From: Phoronis australis
Lineage: Eukaryota > Animalia > Phoronida
Assembly: GCA_002633005.1 (NCBI GenBank)
Contig: NMRA01000027.1
Coordinates: 595,265-659,264, forward strand
Reading direction: 5' to 3'
Length of the DNA stretch: 64,000 bases
The notes beneath the pieces were generated by a model. The model saw nothing but the letters and a program-made list of their open reading frames with translations. It was not told the DNA's origin and ran no database searches. Below are positions 50,538-64,000 of this stretch, piece after piece (positions within the stretch are counted from its first letter, which is position 1; each line of letters opens with the position of its first letter). Made by a program: the position numbers and the translations under genes.

Positions 50538-53500
50538 CCTGTACAATATCTGTCCACATGTACCATATATGTGTGTATTTAGGCACATGCCACAATATAA
50601 AATAATAAGTTTATACAAAGAAACTTTGTACCGAAGATTTTTGCATACACTTCAACACCAATCTTTTTGTAACTAATGGTACAAGTTTCACCCACCTGAT
50701 ATGCTAGAAACGTGTTTCTTAGTTTTACACATAGGTGCATGCAACTAATTCCAAATAAAGATGGAGATTCTAATTCAAGCGCATAGGCCTTAATGTGGTA
50801 GTGGACAAATTATGTGAGGGATGGAAAACTGAGACTAATTTGTCAACCTTTCATAGATTTATGTTGCACAAACACCACCCTTAGGTTTCACTTCCCACAA
50901 ACACCACCCTTGGGTTTCACTTCAGCTGTGATCCCTTTAAATAAGAATGCATTATGTCATCTGGGATTTGATCAGAAGCTAGGAATCTTTTTACATGGAA
51001 TGCAGCCAGGAAAATTCCATCCATCTGGAAAGCCAGTATATCTCTGTGCATCTTCTATGAGAGGACGCCTACTCTTTGGTTCAAATCCTTTGTTCACAAG
51101 CAGACTGAGCATTATGTTAAGTACTTTGACTTCAGTGTGTAAGGGGGAGTATATGTAATGCAGTTGACAATCATCAGTTGTGCTGGGCTATGATGGGATT
51201 ACACTGATTATAAATACCAATAAAAAGCTCTTTTATTTATAGCTGTGTTTTATCTCCAGTAAGAGATGTCCATAAAAATATGCAATCTTATTCCACCAAA
51301 GATTCTGTGATTGGCAAACACTTATGTGTTTCATCACATTTCACAAAATACCACGGTCTCTTATCCACCTCTGTAACTATTCCTCTTTTGTATCCAAATG
51401 AAAACTTGTAAAACTGCAGAGTATTTCGAGTAGGTTGTGTTTCTAATAAATTCTACTGGATTTGACGGATTGTAGAGTTGTCTATCACAGTGTTTATTCT
51501 GAGTTGTTGCAGTAAGACTGCTCCACCCTTTAACTTTCTGTTGTTTCAGATATGCTAAAAATTAGTTAATATGCAAATATAAATTGAAAAGCTTTAAAGT
51601 AATCAGGAAAATTTGTCAAACCCGAAAGGAGAGTTGTAGCATTTCAACAGAAATACAATTAGGGTTTCTGGTTTAAAATATTCAAATATTCTACACATGT
51701 GTATTGTGTCAGATAGCATTAAAAGTTAGGTGACTTTTATCTAATAGACATATCAGCTGAATTAGTCTCCCTGACAGGTCTAGTTAGCTGTCAACATCTC
51801 TTTCAAATAGTTAATTAGAAAAGTAAGCTGCACAGGCAGTAAACAATATGATATTCCTAACTTTAATGGACTCTATTATTGGCGTGTTGCTACCATCTTT
51901 CCCAAGCCTGATGGCATCCTCATTTGGAGTAATTTGATTAGTCTCACCAGTTAAAAATATTTTGGATATTAGCTTTTATCTAAAAATTTGTAATAGTTCT
52001 TACTACTAGTAGTTAGGTGTGAAACTGTTCATGTTTAATAGTATTCCACGCTTAGAGTATTCTACACGGCATATGGGGGTTGGTGAGGGGCGCCATCTGT
52101 GAGGAGTACAGGCAAGTCTCACATTTAATTTACATAAGCCAATGCCTTGGCTGCTTGATGGTTCGATCTATATTTTATTAGTAAAGAATGGTTTTGGAAC
52201 AACACTAAAATGCATACATTCTACTAATTTCGAATTCATCTTTACGTTAACTGGATAGAGGTTGTGTTAATGAGCACAGATGTGTATTTGGTTTTAACTT
52301 CATCTTATGGGTAATTCTAACTGCCCTCATCCTTAAAATAGAAAAGTTTCTTGATTATGTTGCTATGGAACTCACCTTTGACAGTTCTTAATTAATAACT
52401 CAAAATATTTTATAAAAGATTTTTTTATTAGATTTAAAATTAAAAAATGCCTGCGTATCGGAGGGAGACGACTGCTAGGGGCTGAAAGCAGTTCTCTGAC
52501 TCAGTCTCTTGGAACTGCTCGAAAATGTGACAAATTGTACGGAATTTCCAAAGTAAATCAGTAAAATTTCTACGATTTTCAGCTTGAAAGAGAATCTATC
52601 AATGTTCATTCTGCGCCTCGTGTGAAGCATTTCAACCTACTGGCATCACTACTGGTTTGGGATCTTTTACACGCTCTTTATCTTATCAATTTTGACGTAA
52701 AACTTGTAAAACGAAATTCAAGCGGCTATTAACTCCACATTCGGTCACGTGATTTAGACCACGTCTTCAAATTTGCCTCAAATGTTCGCTTAGTTAGAGA
52801 TGAATCCTGTGACTAGAAATACTGTTGGACGTTACTTGAAACGAAACTAACTCTACAAGTTCGTTTTTTACAGCGTGTCGTTATATGCGTCGAACAAACA
52901 GTTTGAAGATAAGGTTGAAAATTTCCGACTCAAACAATTTACTATTCTCGTGTAGGGTTGTGTAATTTGATGATTTCACTAGGGTCCTAATTTGGAGATA
53001 GTGCATAACAAATGTTTGAAATATTCTGTTAGGAGTCTAATGCATCGAATGTTGCAGCTCGCGGAGAGCTTAGTCGAAGATGTTTGAGATATCGAAGACA
53101 AAGCATTAACAATGTGCTTTACCTCAGATCTTAGTTCTGAATAAATCAAGGTCATAATGGAATTGTCTTTTGTAAATTAGTTCCAACAGTGGTGTCGTCA
53201 TTTCGACCATCAAAACTGGTATTCAAATTTGTCAATCAAATCATGTCTTGATATGTACGCTTTGTTTATTAAATTTCTTATATGATGGCAAAAAAATGTT
53301 ACTTGTATTCGACTGTTTCCTTGCTTCACAATAATGACTAAGATACAGCGAGATTACCTATAAAAGAAACAGAATTTGCCCGTGCTAAAATATGAACATG
53401 TTAAAAAGTTGAATACATTTTAACTGGACTGCCCTGTGTAGGGCAGACATGTACCAGAGCGTGCCCCCCAAAATATAAGAAATTTTAGCCTTGCAAGNAA

Positions 53501-55556
53501 GTTTTATACGAATTTTTAAGGTTATGCAGGACTTTCGAAAACCGTTCAAATTTGGCTACCTTTGGAACATCATATCACAGAAATGCCTAATCGGATTCAT
53601 ATGAACATTCTGTAAGGAATTCTTTCTAAAGTGTGTTATTTTGGAATGAGTGTCTATCAAAAATAGGACTCGTGAGAAAACTAAAAAGAAATGATAATTT
53701 AGAAAAGTGTAACAGCGTTTTTGAGATTTCATCTTCAAAATTTGTGCTAAATGAAATTCGGCCGTGTTAATGATACCGTTGTTTTGTTATCAATGTACTT
53801 TTCTTTTTTGTGGATATGTTTTCAAAATACATTGACACGTGATCCAATTCATAGCAGATTGATAAAATATCAAAAATTAAGTTTCAAATGCTCCCTTCTT
53901 TCCCAAAATGTGTAATTTTACTGAGTTGAAATTTATAATTTTGTAAATATTTGGGTAAATACATACTTGTCTTTAAGGCCCTACATAACCTGACTGTTCC
54001 AACGTATGATGATTAAAAATGCATGGAATTATCGGAGTTAGAAAAGAAAAGAAAAGAAAGACGATTTTAAGTAATAATTTACTATAATTTTTCATTTACG
54101 ATGCTATGTGCAATTATTCATTTAGGTTTCTTAGTGTTGTAGTACTGAGACAAATGTACTTGACAAGAGACAAACTTGGGATTGTTTATGGATGTTTCAC
54201 AAAGGTTTGGTCGAATTCTGCATCGCCTAGAGCTGGAACAGCAACAACGACTTGGTGTTGATCACCACGACCACTTTCATGGCTGGCCACTACATGCTGT
54301 CGCACGATCAATAATGATCGACTTCATGTGCCGCACGACGGATGTGCCATATCGTTTGTTCTACAGAGCGTGCAACTGAACCTGTCGCACGATTCCCTAA
54401 ATGCGCACAACCGGATCAGAATCAAAATAAATGCGCGGAGATTGGTCGTGCCATTACCATTCGCACGACCAAATGGTCGTGCGACTCTGTATGATTGGGG
54501 GTTTACTCAAAGCATGTCGATACAATATTGGTACAATTTCGAGTTTGGGAAACAGAGATTAGGCCTACTCCTTGAACCATGATTGTGCCTCTCATCCGGG
54601 TTCTGTGACGAGAATGCGACAAGTTAACTTAACGTTCTTCACATGTATCAACTTCAGTCAGAATGTGTGATTTGTACTTAGCGAAAACAACACCGACGTT
54701 GTGGTCTTAATTTGCAGTTTGTGTGATACTTTGGTAAAAATAATGGTAGATTGTGTTAGTTTTATTCGTTGCTTGTGTTAATGTACGAATTACTGCGAAA
54801 TAATTTGTTAAAAGGTAACATTTTAGTTGCGTGCCCTTCTCGTTCGCCCGGGCGAAATGCACTATCTTGGTCCAGTGAATAACTTCCATTGCTTCATTAC
54901 GTCATCAGTATGCGTGAACTGATTCAGCGTTATGTCATTATTCCAACTGTGCGTAATATCCGTCGAATGTATCCGGTCTCGGTTTGGTATTTACGCTTTC
55001 TCACGCATGCGGAGTCTATATAGATTACATTCACTAGCTAGGACCACTGTTGTTTGTCATGAGAGCAATTAGACAACATGGGCGAAAATTTACCGGACAA
55101 CGTCGCGGAAACTGGTGGGACAATCTGTGATTTTTATTTTTAGAATGACGTGGTAAGTTCGTCATCGAGCTTCGCTGTTCTGTTTTGGTTAACAGAAACA
55201 TTATGAAACCGATCGGGAGATGAAACCTGTGGTAGACACATCACAACGCACGTTAAGGCCATTAATTCCAGTTTTTGTGATTTCTTAAATAGCTCAAAAA
55301 ACAGTACACAACACTTAGAGTTTTAGCGTTTATATAAATACACCCTGTCCGTAATAAAATTGAATTCCGATTTATGAATTTGCTTACTACGAAAATATGG
55401 GCTGTGTTTCGTACATCAAGACATTCGCAAACCACCTGAAGTGAGAAATCACCTATCGAGAGGAGATCACCTCTCGAGAGGAGACAGTGAATTCTAGCCC
55501 ATAATTCAACGTTCCAACATAACTGACCAGACACATTTGTGAGTGGTCTTGGGCGA

Positions 55557-55673
55557 TCTTGTTTTTTTTTTTTTTTTAAGCTACTAACGTCAACGGAACA
55601 CACCCCTCAGCTGGCTTGTTTTTTTTCTTTTTTTTTAAGCTACTATCGTCAACGGAACACACCCCTCAGCTGG
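55557..55673. repeat. 58-bp tandem duplication
   Basis: CTTG-T-run-AAGCTACTA.CGTCAACGGAACACACCCCTCAGCTGG occurs twice. Confidence 0.9.
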
Positions 55674-58600
55674 CTGGCCGAGTTTTGTAGCTGTCTAGCG
55701 TGCTCTCATTGAAATTACACGGTACACTCAGGCGTTATTTCACAGTCTTGGTGTTACTCAACTCTGGTCGTCACGTTGCTGAGATCACAGACGAATTCCG
55801 AGCTTGGAATGAACTGGCAGTAGACCTTGTCATTTGTGTCGGGCGGGTCATTTTATGAGCCAAATTTAGTCTCGAATACTACCGAGCTGTTTTTCCCTAC
55901 TGCGTGAGAAACTATTTGAGAATTTTAGTTTGAAAACTGGTCTAAATCAAAAGTAGACGCCCATTTGTTTGTTTATAGCCACTTTAAACTCTAGAAAATA
56001 CCTTACTCTATCCTTTGAGTGTCAAGTGATTATGACTAAATGCTCTGGTTTCGACGAGGGAAGACTGAGTGAGAAATAAGAGAATCGCCAAGTCCTTCCT
56101 TATGTGCTCTGACTGCAGAGTGCGAGTCCTCCCTGGGCTTCCATATATGCTCTGCGTATCTAGCACAAGTCCGTCTTGGCCATCCAGTTGGGCCTTGTTT
56201 GTGTAACATAGCATCGCCTCGGCTTTCCTTATGAATCCTTCCTGCAAACCTGACTGAACATACATTTCTCATTGAACATCCGTACTGGTTACGCGTTCAT
56301 ATACATGTAGCTTCGATTTCAGTCCAGTAAAATCAGAAGAAAATAACGGCACGTCCTGAACAATACCCCGAACGAAGCATTTGAGGGCGGCGAGAAATTG
56401 TGACAACTTGGGAATGCCTGTGCTTAGATTCTTTGACAACAATGGCAGAAAATTATATCTGGCGGTGTCCTCAGAAAATTTTGAAACAGTGACCCCAGTG
56501 TCTGTGGAAAAGTTCAAAGCTGTGAAAACTCCGTAGTAAACAACCCATCTTTCGTCTGCACTTTGCATGTTATAGATTGGCGGGGTAATCATTGAGTTAA
56601 ATTTTCGCTGGCCAGTGTTACACGCTTTGGGCCCCCGAACTAAAAAACCATCGACCTGAGTGTACGCCCCTCTTGCCCCCGAACTAAAAAGCCATAGGCC
56701 CTCCAGAGAATACGCCCCTCTCAACATGATACGTTCTTGCCGTAGAATCAATTACACGCTAGTCAATGCTATTTGTTTTGACTCGGCTCAAAACAAACTG
56801 ACCAGGGGCGGGTTCAGGTGTTCTAACTCGCACAACAAAACGCTCCCTTGTTGCATCTCGACACTGACACCGAGAGAATACAATGGATCAAGACCGAGCG
56901 AGACATGCTGGAGACAGCGGCAGTCGGGTGAGCTGTGAAGACCTCTATTTCTGACAAAAGAACTGATCTCCATCTCATTTTCCTCTCGTTATCTTATAGG
57001 TGTTCCATTGAAGGCTTGACGCGTTAATAATACTCACTTTGAATGCTACCTCCCTCCTTAACGAGTCAAGAACAAACAGTATGCTTTTTGGATCGTCCGT
57101 TGTCAGTTAGCGCAGCACGATACCTATCTCAGATTGACGACAGAAAATTGAAATCTTTTGATTTCACATATGTGCTACAAGGCACCAGTTCAGTGCCGTA
57201 TAGTGTGGCAGGTACGCTAAGAATATGAACTTGTTTAACAGAAATATTTGTTTTTGTGTCCTCTATTATGGCCGCTGGCTGAAACGAATCGGACGACTGT
57301 TGACAAATCAATTGTAGACGCCATAATTCGAGAAGTGAATTTAGTGTATTGTTTGGTCATTTTATGTTATTTGTTTGGCCGTGTGCGATCAAGATTTAAC
57401 TAGTTTGATTACAGAGGGTGTAGTATCCAAAAATAACATCTTTATAAGAAAGCTGTTGTATATCAAATAGTGCATTGTTGACAATTCTTACCCTCACAAT
57501 CATTGAGACAAAATTATGATTATGAACTGTCGAATACGGACAACAGCACTACAGAAAAACATTTTGCCTGTGTTGGGCATTAAACTGACGACGTTTAAGT
57601 TGTTCTCTGCTGAGCAACTCTTAAATTGACCGTCACTAAAGATGAAGAGTGCGTAACTTGTAACCAATGACTCTCTTCTTGTTTAGGTCAAAGTTGCGCA
57701 TGAGGTAACGGATTTTTTCATCCTCAAATCCCCACAATTAACGTAAAATAACGACTCGGTCTTCGCTCCCATACATTAAATGCTGTGTATTTGAGTTAAA
57801 CTTAAGGCAAAATAACAAATCAACTCAGCAAGGCAATTGTCCAGATATTCTGTAATAATCAAAGCGTTTACTTGCACCAAGTGTACTTTATATCAAAACA
57901 ATTTAGTAAAAAGATAAAAGATACTTTGCCACTTACATCGAGTAGAGTGTATCAGTTTACGACTAAGTTTACCTATAAATCTGCTGTATGACGTCAGTGT
58001 TGTTCTCATAAATATTCGTTTCGTTTCCGTCTTTTTCAAGCTTATCGCTGTTGAAGCGTTCTCGATGGTTGTGATCAAGCAAAACGCAGTTCTCTCTTTG
58101 CTAACTACAAAAAGTGCGCCATTCACGTTCTGTTTATTTTAGTGTTTTACATTGTGTACTCCTTCGGGTTAAATTTGCGCAAGATCTTGTGTCAGTAACG
58201 TGACTAGCATTGCCTATCTGTTGTACACTATTTCTCCGCGAGAGTCCAAGTCTTTCAACGACACCTCAATGTTGACAAGCCCAAAAAACGATTGGCGGTT
58301 CATTTACCCAAATCAGATTGTGACTGCGATAATGATGACGTGAAACCGCTGACGAAAGGTGGTCACGTCTGAATGTGTAATAAGTTTTACCGACTAACGT
58401 TTGTTGCCCCCAACATTCTAGTATATGAAAACAATAAAACGGGGAATTACTATGTTCCGGTTGTTCGAAGTTTCATGAAACGTTCGTCGGTGCTTCCAGC
58501 GACTCTTGAAGAAAAAACTGCACAACAGAAAAGATGACAAAAAGTAGACGAAATTGAATTACCTTCAGATGTTTTACACAGCAGGCTCTTGCATGCGATG

Positions 58601-60741
58601 TGAAGATGGAAAAAGCTCGGGCTATCAGGAAATAATCCGTCGGGCAAATACGCGTCATAGTTTTTCAATTCCGAGTATTTTTGTAGAAAGGGGCCATTGG
58701 TTTATGTTGCTGTACTTTTAGGATTATATATGTTTAAAAACCCAGACGTTGACAACCTGTAAAAACCGCACGTGCGTATGACTTTCTTTATAAACTATTA
58801 CTATTCGTGAAAATTCACAATTATCTTGTCAAGTTTTGTAACAATAAGAAAAAGTCGAAAGTTCAAAGCAAGGCCACGGAATCAAAGTACGAGCATTTTG
58901 GTTGTTATTTTTCTTTCCTGCCAGACGGCGTTGGTTGATGTAAAGGCAAGTTATTTGTGCTGTTTAGTGATCGCTTGATATGATTTCATAATTATCTCAG
59001 AGAACCATCTCAATTAATGATATTTGAAAAACGCTGCCTGAAAGGTGCCACAATGCGTTAATTGAAAATTGACACCAGAATCGTGTATGGAAATGAAAGC
59101 AGTGTTGTTTTTGATTGCACAGTGCAGACGTTTACGCTATCACGGTTTATCTTCGCAGTGTGTAATTTTCTGGGATTGTGTTTGGACTAAGTCACGTGTT
59201 CTGCTTTTTGTCAAGTACGACTAATTTATTGGAAATTTTGTAGAATACAGTTTATTGGAGGTTGAGAGGCTGTTTGTAAATTTTTGTTACAAACTCTATT
59301 GCTAATATTGGTTGCTAGTACTAAATGAAAATAAGATATAAAATCTACAAAAATGACCTAAAAGTAGTATTTTATAGAATTCAACAGTTATAAAACCTCA
59401 ACGATATCAAATAAATAGCGAAGGTGTATAATTATATGCATGTTTTCTCACAGACTTATTTCAGTTCAATTATCTTGAGCAATATAAAATAATTTCGGTT
59501 TATGAACATTAGGAAAATATTATTTCAGAAAAGTTAATTAGAAAAAAATTGTCGTAGAAAGTTTTTGAATTCCTTGGAATTTCAGTGTCAAAGTTAGACG
59601 GCAAGTATTTATTACTGACTACTGAGGTTAATCTCATTCTAAAGCGGGGAGTACAGCTCTAAGTTAGACAACTAAACACTGGAGAGCTTTTAACAAGGCG
59701 CCATGCGGCATTACAATCGAAGCAAGTGATCTCAATGGGATTCTCTCGCTTGCGACTAGTGTTCTTGAATGCACTCCTGTTAAAAAAATGTTAGATCACG
59801 TAAAAATATAATAGGTGCAACGATGCACCAGTACCGATGGGCGATTTTCAGTTTCCTTTCTGGCTGCCACTTCCTGTTGTCAGCTAGGGTCCTCTCGTGT
59901 GCGTCACTGGAAAGCAGTGAAAGTCCAACTGTGCACTGGGAGTTATTGCTAAAGGGTTACTCTCAATCGCTAAAAATGCGGTGCGTCCTTGCATAAAGTG
60001 TGACGTATCGGCATGGACTAAATTCTCTAGAAAGCACGTATGCTTCGAAATGGTTTTCCAAAAATGCGATAGAGCGACATTTTTAGTCATTTCAACGACT
60101 AAAAATCTTACTTGAATAACGGGCATGAAACTGATTCTCAAACTTTAGGCATGTTATATCCGAGCATGTTATATCCGGGCATGTCATATCAGACTATTGC
60201 CGAAATGCAAATAGATTAATTTTTAGAAATCTTAATTGAGCGTATATCACAAGTATTTCAATATTGTTTGATTGAGATTCTGCCTGCCCTAGTAAAGCAC
60301 TCGCCGGTTGTTGTTTAGATTGCCACGCTAATCAGTTTGAAGCATTTAGTTAAATCATCGTTTTCAACAGCAGTATATCACTTGGACAACTCATTAGCTC
60401 ACTTTTCTATTTGTCCCTAATTGCAACTCGAACCCAAGTTTGTGTTTATTTGAGAAATACCAACAATTAGTGCTCATAGCGTAATTAGTTTCCCGTAATC
60501 ACTTAATTGGCAGCCTTGTTAGGTGTCGTATGACTAATCGTTACACCCAATTCGAAAAAGATTCTCTACATTTCACTCTACGCCAAGCCAAGGAATTCTG
60601 GCAATCAACAAATCAAATGGCGGGTTGACGCCTAATTGAGGACGTTGTCAATTGTTTTAATGCACTGCTTTTCATGAAGGCCTTCAGCACATGCATTGTG
60701 CACGCCACATCCACGCCACAACCATAGCTCATCCAAAGCTC

Positions 60742-61182
60742 ATTCACGCCAAATTCACATAAAATTCACTACAAATTCACACAAAATTCACTCCGAATTC
60801 ACAGACAAATTCATTCCAAATTCACACCACATTCAAAACACACAACATTTACTATAAATTCACTCCGAATTCACACCACATTCACTCAAAATTCACAGCA
60901 AATTCACATAACATTCACTCCAAATTCACACCACATTCACGTCACATTCACACCACATTCACTCCAAATTCACACCACATTCACGTCACATTCACTCCAA
61001 ATTCACACCACATTCACGTCACATTCACGTCACATTCACACCACATTCACACCAAATTCACACCACATTCACGTCCTATTCACACCACATTCACTTCAAA
61101 TTCACGCCACATTCACGTCACATTCACGTCACATTCACGTCACATTCACGTCACATTCACACCACATTCACACCACATTCAC
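60742..61182. repeat. 11-bp minisatellite (ATTCACACCAC / ATTCACGTCAC / ATTCACTCCAA variants)
   Basis: About 40 imperfect units directly visible. Confidence 0.95.
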
Positions 61183-63146
61183 CCCTTTCATGCACTCGAG
61201 TTCAGGCCGAACACACAGAGGCAAGAGCTGTTTCAATATATTGTCGAAAGAGTGCATAACATATCAAATTTACATGACTAAAAATGGACCAACAATATAC
61301 ATTTTACTACAATAAATAAACACTACTACTGTTGCTGTCACGATACTTTTCACCTTAACTCTCTCTACTCTTATGACTAACAGATTTACTACATTGCAGT
61401 TGATCTCTGCACCGAGGACAAAAAACACCTTACACAACGCTGCGCAATAATCCTAACAATTCTCAGGTCTATATTTTACTGCAGATTAACTGCAGATTGA
61501 ACGTTGGCGACACTAGAAAAACACAATTTTTAATTTAAAATTTGAAGTGTGTGTTATCTCTAGGGGTTAATTAAACATGGTAATTGAGAGTGAACGTATG
61601 TACAACTGACAAATAATGGAGACGTCAAATGTTGCTTTTTAGCCAATACTCCTTTAACTCCCCCGAGAAACCAAACACTCTAGTGCACGCTTACTGCGAG
61701 AATCAATTATTGAAATTAATAGCGCGTATCGTTTAATATCGTGAGATTTCTAGAAATCACTTCCGTAAATAACCAAACTACTTCATATCATGGCTTGAGT
61801 GGACCTGTACATAGCTTTATATCACTTTCTTGTTTCATGTTAATTTTCAAATGTGTCTCCCGACAAATCAAATAAACAATTAAAAATTTCCCAATTTAGG
61901 CGACAGTCATAATATGACTATGAGTTAGATCTGAAAAATGGCCACTGTGTGAGTACTTTATTTCAAAATATTTCGTTCTCGAGTTAGTTACTTTAACCAA
62001 AAACAATGAGATGCTTTGGATTATACTTTTGACTAAACTTTTGTCTCATTAATTAGCAGTATAGATTGACTATATTTGAGGTCTATATTCTGCATTTCAA
62101 ATCACGCACAGCACTTACAGATACACAGAACAATTGACGAGAAAATCTTAGGACCGATATGAATAAAAAATCACTTTCATTTCCCTGGATTTGACACCTG
62201 TGTTTTTTATTCGAAATTTCGACTTTCCCGCCAGAATTGTCACGTCGTTAAAAGCACACAGATCGTTTTAAGAAACGACTGATTGTCAGTTGTTCATAAA
62301 GATCATGAAACAATAAAGTACAGGGCCTGATACGAATTACAATTCACAGGCAATAGGAGTCAGTAGCGCCACCAAGAGGTGCGCTCAAGATGTCAATGAT
62401 AGGCATAGTGTCTGTCAAGTGTCCACATTAAAAGGCACTTCCCACTGGCACCGAAGCTTCTGTGCTGCCGAAGCTTCGGTCAATGGGAACACTTATCTTC
62501 CGTCTTGAATCGAAGTTAACAGCGCATCGAAATAAATAGGCGGATTTAACAGCGAAGCTTCGACGCTTCACTAAAATTTGAAACACTTAACTTCGATGTC
62601 ACCGGTATTATCGGCAGGGGTTGACTGCCAGCGTTTGCCAACAGCGGGCAGTTATTATTTTGTTCTAATAATTATTATTTTGGCGGTATAAGCATTCTGC
62701 TTCAATTTATCCACGTATTTGATGGTTCATTTACATTAAAAAATCCCTGAACGTGTAGTGTACGAAAAACGAGATTCCGCTACGCCATACTGCCTTTGTT
62801 TGGATCAGGTGTTAGCCTGCTGAAGAGTCACATTTTTAACATCTCATTTTCTAGTACATCGTCATCGTCCCAACGTGGCAACGGTTGGCTGCCTCGTGAA
62901 GATGACGTTTTAGTTTCCATGTGGGGAGAGGGAGAAGTCTCGTTTTTGATTGCAAGCACTGTCAAAAACAGCGAGGTCATATGACCAAATGTCATATTAG
63001 CACTGCCTTGCGATAACTTCGCTGAACTATAACTCCGAACAGTTAACATCGAAGCTTCAGTAGTAGCGAACTTAACTGTATGGGAAAAGGACTTAAGACT
63101 GGGCGCACAAGGGGAATGAAAAGTCTTGTGTCACGTGATGAAATGA

Positions 63147-63420
63147 GTGCCCCTCTTGTGGGAATCGATGGAAACAGTACCGGACGCGCATGCTGGGAAA
63201 TGAGAAGACGTAATAGTGTCCTCCTTGCGAGAATCAGAAGAAACATTGAGACTAGGCACACAAGATGGAATGAGAAGATTTGATAGTGTCCCTCTTGTGG
63301 GTATCGTTAGGAACATTGGCAAGGCGCACATCAAAATTGAGAGGACGTAACAGTGTCTCTCTTGTGGGAATCAGTGAAAACACACAGGATGGGAAGTTAT
63401 TGGTATGCTGCCCCTCTTGT
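63147..63420. repeat. Diverged tandem repeat, about 68-70-bp unit x4
   Basis: GTG.C.CTCTTGTGGGAATC...AAACA recurs at about 63147, 63216, 63286 and 63353. Confidence 0.7.
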
Positions 63421-64000
63421 ACACAAGTTTGCAGAATGCTTTCAGATCCACTTATTCAGAAACTGTACAAAATGTCCATTTTAACAGACATACGCTGTGG
63501 TACTTGTAAACAACCATTAATCGTTTGGCTTAGGAGACTCTGACATATTGTTAAATGATAGGTGAGCAACACTAACAGACATTAAATTGTATCTTTTCTC
63601 TTGTTATTGACTGAAAACCAATCCCTATAATGTAATTAATCAAGCAACGACTTATTAAAAACGGACATACCAATGATTACTATTATTGTATTAAAGTCAA
63701 CCATTGCTAACAAGATTCCAACATAGGGATCGTCTTACATCAAACTTGTACGTTACATCATTGGGATGACGTGAGCTTTACCTGAATAAGGGGTGCTTCA
63801 GTCAAACTGCTATCAATACTTGACAAGGAGGTTATGATAACATGGAGCTCTGAATATGTGTTTTAAAGTTGTTTTATTGTTGACTTCCATGAATTATTGT
63901 TCTGAAATATTGTCACCGGCGTTCACAGTTTGTTTCTATATCCCTCCATCATTTTTGTACTAGTTACACACAACAGCTTGTTTTGGAGTTTCTGACGATA

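Noticed and set aside
53490-53505. Third N at 53498 as another haplotype duplication
   Set aside because: No repeated block seen on either side; it looks like a simple contig join.

Overview
AT-rich eukaryotic (animal, probably marine invertebrate; inference) genomic DNA with two intron-containing genes arranged head-to-head around a shared promoter at about 38.3-38.7 kb. On the minus strand is the 5' part of LYST (lysosomal trafficking regulator). Six coding exons join in phase (33758-33823, 24378-24466, 10406-10571, 6007-6103, 1650-4330, 641-805) and the gene runs off the left edge. On the plus strand is a complete 8-exon ECH1 (delta3,5-delta2,4-dienoyl-CoA isomerase, about 310 aa, ending in the peroxisomal signal SKL). 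The introns hold many transposon relics: TA-flanked CCGTA-TIR elements whose only recognisable cargo is a HIRAN-like gene, a THAP/P-like family with 7-bp TSDs, Kolobok-like THAP elements at TTAA, a restriction-like-endonuclease non-LTR (HERO-like) fragment, Helentron-like (HINE) elements rich in CTCF-consensus motifs, hAT-like MITEs, a tRNA-derived SINE and several minisatellites. Two near-identical duplications abut single N characters and are most likely both haplotypes assembled in tandem. One of them shows the empty and filled alleles of a Kolobok insertion. The last 14 kb has no confidently identifiable gene. All calls were made by eye; no database searches were run.
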